Shown here: positions 57,039 through 64,000 of the stretch, in pieces
Layout: every line of letters starts with the position of its first letter
Numbering within the stretch: position 1 is the first letter of the stretch
NCBI GenBank assembly: GCA_043826455.1
Contig: JBDRQD010000048.1
Location: 1 to 64,000 of the forward strand
Direction: 5' to 3'
DNA length: 64,000 bases
From: Candidatus Bathyarchaeota archaeon
GTDB lineage: Archaea > Thermoproteota > Bathyarchaeia > TCS64
The notes under the pieces: generated by a model
What the model was told of the DNA's origin: nothing
The model's input: the letters and a program-made list of their open reading frames with translations, nothing else
The model's database searches: none
Position numbers and translations under genes: made by a program

Positions 57039-57498
57039 AGACAGAATATCCAGCGGCAACATCAAATCCAGGCTCAGGATGATAGCGGCCTACCACTTCG
57101 CCAACAGGCTGAACCGGATGGTGATAGGCACCTCCAACAAGACCGAGCTCATTACAGGGTTCTTCACCAAACACGGCGACGGCGGAGTGGACCTGATGCC
57201 CCTTGCTGACCTCTACAAGACCCAGATAAGGCAGCTGGCCGGGCACCTCAACGTACCAAATGGCATCATCAGGAAGCCTCCGTCACCGGGGTTCTTTCCG
57301 GGGCAGACGGACGAAGGCGAACTGGGGATAGACTACACGACGCTGGACCTGATCCTCTTCAGCTTGGAGAAGGGTATGAGCGCCCAGATGATAGCAGAGG
57401 ATCTGAAAATTGAAGTTGATCAAGTTGAGGCTGTTCTGAGACGAATAAAAGCAAACGAACATAAACGGCGGCTTCCACTACTCTTAAGACTAACCTAG
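56704..57498 (+). CDS. nadE: NH3-dependent NAD+ synthetase
   Basis: SGGIDS, GNIKSRLRM, GTSNKTE, TKHGDG, EHKR. Confidence 0.95.
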   Translation: MVTVKDLEINCEKIEPKIKEFIADNIKNAGLKGAVVAVSGGIDSAVALSLTVKALGPEKVTTVTLPDRDATPKRDIMDVMQHCESLGVTCNTVDITPILHVIRDTLPLYDITDRISSGNIKSRLRMIAAYHFANRLNRMVIGTSNKTELITGFFTKHGDGGVDLMPLADLYKTQIRQLAGHLNVPNGIIRKPPSPGFFPGQTDEGELGIDYTTLDLILFSLEKGMSAQMIAEDLKIEVDQVEAVLRRIKANEHKRRLPLLLRLT

Positions 57499-57526
57499 AG
57501 GACTCCTAACCAACAGAGGGAGCAAG

Positions 57527-57775
57527 ATGGGACGAAAAAGACAGAAAGTAGTCAAAATAATAAAGAGGAGACTGCCAGACCAGTACCTATGCCCCAACTG
57601 CGGCATGAACACGGTTGGCATCATAATTCACCCGAGCGAAGGCCTGGCCAGGATCATCTGCAGCAGCTGCTCCCTCAAGAACCAGTTCCCGGTCCCGGAG
57701 AACACCGACCCCGTAGACGCCTACTGTATCTTCGTGGACAAGTTCTACGGCGTTGAGGAGCCTCCGAAGCAATGA
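57527..57775 (+). CDS. elf1: Transcription elongation factor Elf1
   Basis: MGRKR..., CPNC, CSSC, PVDAYC.FVD. Confidence 0.85.
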   Translation: MGRKRQKVVKIIKRRLPDQYLCPNCGMNTVGIIIHPSEGLARIICSSCSLKNQFPVPENTDPVDAYCIFVDKFYGVEEPPKQ

Positions 57776-58521
57776 CCGGAAAAGTGGAGCAGTACCTACT
57801 CGACAAGATCAGGGAAGACGGCTGCATACACATCACACTGGTAGACCCCGACAAGAGCTCGGGCCACGACTGCGCAGCCACGGCTCACGAGGCCGAGAAG
57901 GGCGGCACAGCAGCCATCATGGTGGGCGGCTCAACCCTGGCAGCCAAGGAGGACCTGGACGCAGCCATCCAGAGGATAAACGAGAAGGTCGACGTGCCTG
58001 TGATCCTCTTCCCCAATGGCCCCATGGGGGTCAGCAGACACGCCGACGCCATCTGGTTCATGAGTCTGCTGAACAGCCAGAACACCTACTACATCATCGA
58101 CGCCCAGGTCATAAGCGCCCCACTGGTCAAAAGGTACGGCCTTGAGGCCATACCCATGGGCTACATAATTGCTGGGGAGGGCTGCGTGGCCGGCTACATA
58201 GGCCAGGCCAGGCTCATCAACTACAGGCACCCTGAGCTGGCCGTGGGGTACAGCCTGGCCGCTGAGAGCCTGGGCATGAGGTTCGTGTACCTGGAGGCGG
58301 GCTCAGGCGCCAGGGAACCCATACCTCCTGCGATGATAGGCGCGGTCAAGAAACACCTCAGCGTCCCGCTGGTGGTGGGTGGAGGCATCAGGTCCCCGGA
58401 AGCCGCGGCAGCCGCGAGCAAGGCTGGCGCGGACGCCATTGTGACTGGCACCCTAGTAGAGGAGGAGAATCAGATCAAGGATAAGATAGGTGCCCTCGTC
58501 CAGGCCATGAAGAAGACGTGA
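57772..58521 (+). CDS. Geranylgeranylglyceryl phosphate synthase
   Basis: TLVDPDK, MVGGS, PVILFP, YLEAGSGA, VGGGIR. Confidence 0.93.
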   Translation: MTGKVEQYLLDKIREDGCIHITLVDPDKSSGHDCAATAHEAEKGGTAAIMVGGSTLAAKEDLDAAIQRINEKVDVPVILFPNGPMGVSRHADAIWFMSLLNSQNTYYIIDAQVISAPLVKRYGLEAIPMGYIIAGEGCVAGYIGQARLINYRHPELAVGYSLAAESLGMRFVYLEAGSGAREPIPPAMIGAVKKHLSVPLVVGGGIRSPEAAAAASKAGADAIVTGTLVEEENQIKDKIGALVQAMKKT

Positions 58522-58600
58522 GCCGGCTCGAGTAAAAGTAAAGAGCCTTGAGCCACCAGTATCATACACCCACTTAGATAGCCCATAGGAAACCCCCAAG

Positions 58601-61600
58601 TTGATTGAAGTCCAGATGCCCCCGGCCTACAAGACGTACTTCAAAGAGTTAGAGGACAAGCTCAACAGCCTGTACGAGGTGGCGGAGGAGGCCCGGCTGA
58701 AAGGCCTGGACGCCGCCCTAAAGCCTGAGCCGGCGATAACCACGGACATCGCGGACCGGATCGAGAAGCTCATCGGTCCGCCGGGCATCACTCAGAGGAT
58801 GCGGGAGCTGGAGGGCATGGACCGCCAGGAGATGAGCTTCAAGATAGCCCAAGAGATAACGCTGGGCAGGTTCGGCTCCATGGAGCGGGAGAGAGCCGCG
58901 GACCAGGCCATCAGGACGGCCCTCGCCATCATGACCGAGGGAGTCACCATAGCCCCCATAGAGGGCATACCCAAGATCGTCATCAAACAGAACCCGGACC
59001 GCTCCGAGTATCTCAGCGTCTACTTCGCTGGCCCCATCAGGCCCGCCGGAGGAACCGCCCAGGCCCTCACCCTGGTCATCGCCGACGTCGTGCGGCGCTC
59101 CCTGGGGCTAGAAAAGTACCAGCCCAGCGAGGACGTCGTCAACAGGTTCATCGAGGAGGTTCGCATCTACGAGCGCAGCGTCAGACGGTTCCAGTACCAC
59201 GTCACCGACGAGGACCTGGAACTAGCCATGAAGCACATCCCCGTCGAGGCCACCGGCGTCTCCACCGACCCCTACGAGGCCTCTAACTACAGGGACGTCC
59301 CAGGAATCGAGACCAACAGGCTCAGGGGCGGCGCCCTTATAGTGGTCGTCGACGGCGTGGTCGGCCGCGCCCGCAAGCTCTGCGGTGTATGCGAGACCAT
59401 AGGCATAGATGGCTGGGACTGGCTCAACAAGCTGGGTAGGAAGAAGCCCAGCAACGGCGAGGAGGAGACCAGGAAGCCCACCGCGGCCTTCATGGAGGAG
59501 ATAATCGTGGGCCGCCCCGTGTTCAGCTTCCCCAACACCCCCGGCGGCTTCCGGCTCAGGTACGGCAGAGCCCGTACCACGGGGCTGGCCGCCTGCGGAG
59601 TCCACCCGGCCACCATGATCACCCTCAACGGCTTCATGACCACCGGCCTGCAGCTGAGGATAGAGCTGCCCGGCAAGTCAGCGGCCGTGTGCCCCGTGGA
59701 CACCATCGAGCCGCCCGTCGTACGCCTCAAGGACGGTAGCGTGGTGCGCGTGGACGACGAGGAGACGGCCCGCAGGGTCTACGACAGGGTTGACCGGATA
59801 CTGTTTAACGGCGATGTCCTCATCAACGCCGGGGACTTCATCCAGTTCAACCACCCGCTGCTGCCAGCCGGCTACGACGAGGATCAGTGGCGGTACGACA
59901 TTGAATTCGCCCTCGAGGCGCTCGGAGAGAAGCCTGTCGAGGAACTCACAGGGATCAGCGAGGAACGGATTCGTGGACTCCTGGGTGATTCCTCCGAGGC
60001 GCCGACGCCTGAGGAGGCCCTAGCCCTCACCAAGATAGATGCGCCCCTCCACCCCCGCTACACCTATGACTGGTCCAAGGTACCCATGCAGCGGCTGCTG
60101 AGCCTCAGGAACATGTTAGCCGAGGACTGGGGCGCCCCAGAGATAAAGCTGAGCCCTGAGGACAAGGAGGCCCTCGAGATTCTTCTGGTGCCCCACAAGA
60201 CGGAAAATGGCGGGGTGGTTCTGGAGGGGGCCGCCCCCATCCTTGAACGCTGCCTGGCCCTGGGCTCGAAGTACGTGGAGGCAAAGGAGGCTGAGCCCCT
60301 CGCCCAGGTGAACACATGGGCCGGCTTCAGGGTCATGGAGAAGGCCTACGTCTACGTGGGGGCCCGCATGGGCCGCCCCGAGAAAGCCAAGGAGAGGAAG
60401 ATGAACCCCTACGTCCACGGCCTGTTCCCCGTGGGCAACGCGGGTGGCCCCCAGAGGGACATCACCAGGGCCAGGCGCGGGGAGAAGGTCAGGGTCGAAC
60501 TGGCGCAGAGGGAGTGCCCAACGTGCGGCTACTACTCTACCACGCCGCTGTGCGAGAACTGCGGAGGCCTCACCAGGGTCACCAAGAAGTGCCCCCGGTG
60601 CAGGAGGCCCGTGGAGGGTGACAGGTGCCCAGCCTGCAACGTTGAACCCGTGATGTATGAGACGTTGGAGCTGGACCTCCGCGAGGAGCTGGAGAAGGCA
60701 CGCAGGCACGTAGGTGGCAGCATCCCTGACAGGATCAAGTGCGTCAAGAGGCTGATGAACAAGGCCAGGATGCCGGAGCACCTGGGCAAGGCCATACTCA
60801 GGGCCCGGTACGACCTCAGCGTGTTCAAGGACGGCACCCTACGGTACGACCTCACGGACATACCACTGACCCACTTCAAGCCCTCCGAGGTGGGGGTCCC
60901 AGTGGATAGGCTGCGTGAGCTGGGGTACACCCACGACGTGGACGGAGAACCCCTGACCCGGGGCAGCCAGATGCTGGAGCTTATGGTCCAGGACGTGGTT
61001 CTGCCCGAGGACTGTGGCGACTACCTGGTCAAGGCAGCCAGGTTCCTGGACGACGAGCTGCGCGACTTCTACAAGTTGGAGCCCTACTACAAGGTGGAGA
61101 ACAGGAACCAGCTGGTGGGCCACATAATTGTCGGGTTGGCGCCTCACACCTCCGCCTCCATAGTGGGCCGCCTCATAGGTTGGAGCAAGGTGAGGAACTG
61201 CTACGCCCACCCCTACTGGCACGCGGCCAAGCGCAGGAACTGCGACGGCGACGAGGACGCCGTGCTTTTAGCCCTGGACCCGCTGCTCAACTTCTCCAAG
61301 GCCTATCTCCCCGAGCAGAGTGGCGGCCTCATGGATGCGCCCCTATTCATAATACCCAACCTGAACCCCGAGGAGGTGGACAAGGAGAGCCACAACATGG
61401 ACGTCGTGGGCAGGTACCCGCCCGAGTTCTACGACATGACCATGAGGAGGGCCAAGCCGGGCGACTTCGAGGGACTGGTGGACACCCTGGGCGGCAGGCT
61501 GGGCACCCAGGCCCAGTACGCGGGCTTCAGCTACACCAAGGAGTGCAGCGACATCAACCTCGGAAGCCACCTCGGCGCCTACACCACCCTGCAGACTATG

Positions 61601-62026
61601 CTGGACAAGCTGGATAGCCAGCTGGACCTCACCAGGAAGCTGCGAGCCGTGGACGGCCAGACCGTAGCCCTGAAGATACTGAACAGCCACTTCATGAAGG
61701 ACATTGTCGGTAACCTCCGCGCCTTCACACGCCAGGGCTTCAGGTGCAGCAAATGCAACAAGAAGTTCAGGAGGCCCCCGCTGAAGGGCGGCTGCGACAG
61801 GTGCGGAGGCAACATAATCATGACGGTGCACAGGGGCGGGATAGAGAAGTACCTGGACCCCGCCGCCAAGATAGTGGACAAGTACAACCTGGGGGACTAC
61901 TACAGCGACAGGTTAGAGCTGGTGAGGGAGGAGCTGGACAGCATCTTCGTGGACGAGAAGCCCAAGGAGGATGAGCCCACCCAGTTTAACCTCACCGACT
62001 TCATGAGGCCCAAGGAGAAGAGGTAA
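58601..62026 (+). CDS. polC: DNA polymerase D large subunit DP2
   Basis: YFAGPIRPAGGT, GFRLRYGRAR, KDGTLRYD, HAAKRRNCDGDED, C-terminal Zn finger; no intein seen. Confidence 0.98.
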   Translation: MIEVQMPPAYKTYFKELEDKLNSLYEVAEEARLKGLDAALKPEPAITTDIADRIEKLIGPPGITQRMRELEGMDRQEMSFKIAQEITLGRFGSMERERAADQAIRTALAIMTEGVTIAPIEGIPKIVIKQNPDRSEYLSVYFAGPIRPAGGTAQALTLVIADVVRRSLGLEKYQPSEDVVNRFIEEVRIYERSVRRFQYHVTDEDLELAMKHIPVEATGVSTDPYEASNYRDVPGIETNRLRGGALIVVVDGVVGRARKLCGVCETIGIDGWDWLNKLGRKKPSNGEEETRKPTAAFMEEIIVGRPVFSFPNTPGGFRLRYGRARTTGLAACGVHPATMITLNGFMTTGLQLRIELPGKSAAVCPVDTIEPPVVRLKDGSVVRVDDEETARRVYDRVDRILFNGDVLINAGDFIQFNHPLLPAGYDEDQWRYDIEFALEALGEKPVEELTGISEERIRGLLGDSSEAPTPEEALALTKIDAPLHPRYTYDWSKVPMQRLLSLRNMLAEDWGAPEIKLSPEDKEALEILLVPHKTENGGVVLEGAAPILERCLALGSKYVEAKEAEPLAQVNTWAGFRVMEKAYVYVGARMGRPEKAKERKMNPYVHGLFPVGNAGGPQRDITRARRGEKVRVELAQRECPTCGYYSTTPLCENCGGLTRVTKKCPRCRRPVEGDRCPACNVEPVMYETLELDLREELEKARRHVGGSIPDRIKCVKRLMNKARMPEHLGKAILRARYDLSVFKDGTLRYDLTDIPLTHFKPSEVGVPVDRLRELGYTHDVDGEPLTRGSQMLELMVQDVVLPEDCGDYLVKAARFLDDELRDFYKLEPYYKVENRNQLVGHIIVGLAPHTSASIVGRLIGWSKVRNCYAHPYWHAAKRRNCDGDEDAVLLALDPLLNFSKAYLPEQSGGLMDAPLFIIPNLNPEEVDKESHNMDVVGRYPPEFYDMTMRRAKPGDFEGLVDTLGGRLGTQAQYAGFSYTKECSDINLGSHLGAYTTLQTMLDKLDSQLDLTRKLRAVDGQTVALKILNSHFMKDIVGNLRAFTRQGFRCSKCNKKFRRPPLKGGCDRCGGNIIMTVHRGGIEKYLDPAAKIVDKYNLGDYYSDRLELVREELDSIFVDEKPKEDEPTQFNLTDFMRPKEKR

Positions 62027-62071
62027 GAAAACCTTATTATTCCAGCCCCGTGTACCCTTTGGCGAACAACT

Positions 62072-62245
62072 ATGAGCAAGAAAAAGAAGCAAAGCAGCGC
62101 CGGTATGCCTCAGAGCAGCGCCGGACTAATGAGGTTCTTCCAGGACGAGACGAACGGGGTCAAGATTCCGCCGGAGTTCGTGATTGGCGCTTCAGTGGTG
62201 CTCATAGCTGCAGTGGTACTCGCCCGGGTGTTCTTCCCTTTTTAG
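62072..62245 (+). CDS. secG: Preprotein translocase subunit Sec61beta
   Basis: Not in track: MSKKKKQSSAGMPQSSAGLMRFFQDETNGVKIPPEFVIGASVVLIAAVVLARVFFPF*. Confidence 0.9.
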   Translation: MSKKKKQSSAGMPQSSAGLMRFFQDETNGVKIPPEFVIGASVVLIAAVVLARVFFPF

Positions 62246-62316
62246 AGCACCCGTCGGCTCCGAGGACGACGCAGCCTCACATTGTTCACATTTATCGCAT
62301 CTAAAGGAGCTCAAAG

Positions 62317-62619
62317 GTGGAGAGACAGATATCAAGCAGTGAACCCAGGAAGAGAAACGTGGTCATAATGGGCATTAAACCCATAATGAACTACGTGGTG
62401 GCCTGCCTGACCCTGTTCAACGCCGGCGCCGAGACGGTGCTCATAAGGGCCCGTGGCAAGCACATCAACAAGGCGGTAGACCTGGTGGAGCTCCTCAGGA
62501 GGGTGTTCCTCAAGGACGCCGTAATCAGGAACATCAGGGTGAGCACTGACAATTTAAAACGGGACGACGGCAATGAGGCCCACGTCTCCGTCATCGAGAT
62601 AACCCTCTCCCCCAGCTAA
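62317..62619 (+). CDS. albA: DNA/RNA-binding protein Alba
   Basis: GIKPIMNYV, IRARGKHINKAVD, VSVIEI. Confidence 0.9.
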   Translation: MERQISSSEPRKRNVVIMGIKPIMNYVVACLTLFNAGAETVLIRARGKHINKAVDLVELLRRVFLKDAVIRNIRVSTDNLKRDDGNEAHVSVIEITLSPS

Positions 62620-62668
62620 GGCAGCCTTTTAAAGCCGAGAAACAGAGTTCAGAGGAAGGGTGTCAACT

Positions 62669-64000
62669 TTGACATATCCAAAGATAAAAGTAACACCGCC
62701 CGGCCCCAAGGCCAAGAAGATCGTTGAGAGGGACGCGGCGGTCATATCCCCCAGCTTCGGTAGAGCCTACCCCCTGGCAATAGAGCGAGGCGAGGGCAAC
62801 ATAGTCATCGACGTAGACGGCAACGAGTTCATAGACATGAACGCGGGCCTAGCCGTCTGCAATGTGGGCCACAGCCACCCCAAGGTGGTGAAAGCCATCA
62901 AGGACCAGGTGGACAAGTTCATCCACTACAGCTACACGGACTTCTACTACGACGACTACGTGAACCTGGGCGAGACCCTCCACGACCTGGTGCCGGGTAA
63001 ACACAAGAAAAAGTTCTTCTACGGCAACAGCGGCGCCGAGGCCATCGAGGCCGCCATAAAGGTGAGCCGCTGGCACAGCCAGAGGCAGGGCCTGCTAGCC
63101 TACATAGGCAGCTTCCACGGCCGCACCATGGGCGCCGTCAGCCTGACCGCGTCCAAGCCCTACCAGAGGCGCAGGTTCAGCCCCCTGGTGCCCGGCGTTG
63201 AGCACATCTTCTACCCGTACTGCTATAGGTGCCCGTTCCACCTGGAGTGCCCCAGCTGCAACTATGCCTGCGTAGACTACATCGACGAGTACCTGTTCCA
63301 CAAGTACGTGCCCGGAGAGGAGGTGGCCATGCTGCTGGCGGAGCCCATCCAGGGCGAGGGCGGCTACGTGGTGCCCCCCGACGGCTACTTCAAGAAGCTG
63401 AAGAAGCTGCTGGACGAGAATGGCATCCTGTTCGCCGTGGACGAGGTGCAGTCAGGCATCGGCCGCACGGGGAAGTGGTTCGCCATAGAGCACTGGGGCG
63501 TGGTGCCGGACATCGTGTGCATGGCTAAGGGCATCGCCGCGGGCATGCCGTTAGGCGTCATGGCGTCCCGGGCCGACATCCAGGACTGGACACCGGGCAG
63601 CCACGCATCCACCTTCGGCGGCAACCCGGTGAGCTGCGCCGCGGCCCTGGCTGTCATCGACATCATCAAGTCGGAGAAGCTGCTGGAGAACGCCCAGAGA
63701 GAGGGCGGTTACATCAAGAAGCGGCTGGAGGAGATGATGGAGAAGCACCCCATGATAGGTGACGTCCGAGGCAAGGGCCTCATGGTGGGCGTGGAGCTGG
63801 TGAAGGACAAGGACAGCAAGGAGTACGCCAGGAAGGAGACGGAGGACGTGATGATGGAGTGCTTCAGGCAGGGACTGGCTATCGTCAACTGCGGCGTCAA
63901 CGTCATCCGTTGGATGCCCCCACTGACCATAACCCGGGACCTGGTGGAGCCCAGCCTGGAGATATTCGAGAGGAGCCTCAGCAAGGTGGAGAAGGGCAAA
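62669..64000 (+). CDS. Class III aminotransferase (acetylornithine/4-aminobutyrate type), truncated at window end
   Basis: TTG start MTYPKIKVTPPGPK...; NSGAEA, FHGRTMG, EPIQGEGG, DEVQSGIGRTG, STFGGNP. Confidence 0.92.
   Translation, partial: MTYPKIKVTPPGPKAKKIVERDAAVISPSFGRAYPLAIERGEGNIVIDVDGNEFIDMNAGLAVCNVGHSHPKVVKAIKDQVDKFIHYSYTDFYYDDYVNLGETLHDLVPGKHKKKFFYGNSGAEAIEAAIKVSRWHSQRQGLLAYIGSFHGRTMGAVSLTASKPYQRRRFSPLVPGVEHIFYPYCYRCPFHLECPSCNYACVDYIDEYLFHKYVPGEEVAMLLAEPIQGEGGYVVPPDGYFKKLKKLLDENGILFAVDEVQSGIGRTGKWFAIEHWGVVPDIVCMAKGIAAGMPLGVMASRADIQDWTPGSHASTFGGNPVSCAAALAVIDIIKSEKLLENAQREGGYIKKRLEEMMEKHPMIGDVRGKGLMVGVELVKDKDSKEYARKETEDVMMECFRQGLAIVNCGVNVIRWMPPLTITRDLVEPSLEIFERSLSKVEKGK

Overview
Archaeal chromosomal window, most likely Bathyarchaeia (TACK). 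The evidence is PolD DP1 and DP2, Elf1, Alba, GGGP synthase, Sec61beta, translin, a tungsten AOR and REC-PAS-GAF kinases. There are three zones. (1) 1-~6.9 kb is a very AT-rich island that runs off the left edge. It carries a nucleotidyltransferase/XRE-HTH pair, an ASCH protein, a KAP NTPase and two paralogous NMP-kinase-like genes. One kinase is coupled to a radical SAM enzyme and the other to a methyltransferase-like protein. This is a candidate nucleotide-modification or defence system. (2) ~6.9-18.4 kb is a plastic zone with many integration and decay scars: relics of dppA and selA-like 5' ends, two tRNA-Met remnants, and a 171-bp direct repeat of an ABC permease 3' end bracketing a 3.4-kb cargo. 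(3) 18.4-64 kb is GC-rich core genome (amino-acid, amine and nucleoside catabolism and transport, cysS, EndoV, PolD, hypF, nadE). The most notable unannotated signal in the core is a dense cluster of GTGATATCAC palindromes at 55.0-57.0 kb. It lies in an AT-rich dip between the two PolD genes, centred on an uncharacterised 152-aa gene and near a TM-coiled-coil-wHTH gene, and is a candidate replication-origin or centromere-like locus. All protein calls come from motif recognition by eye; no database searches were run.
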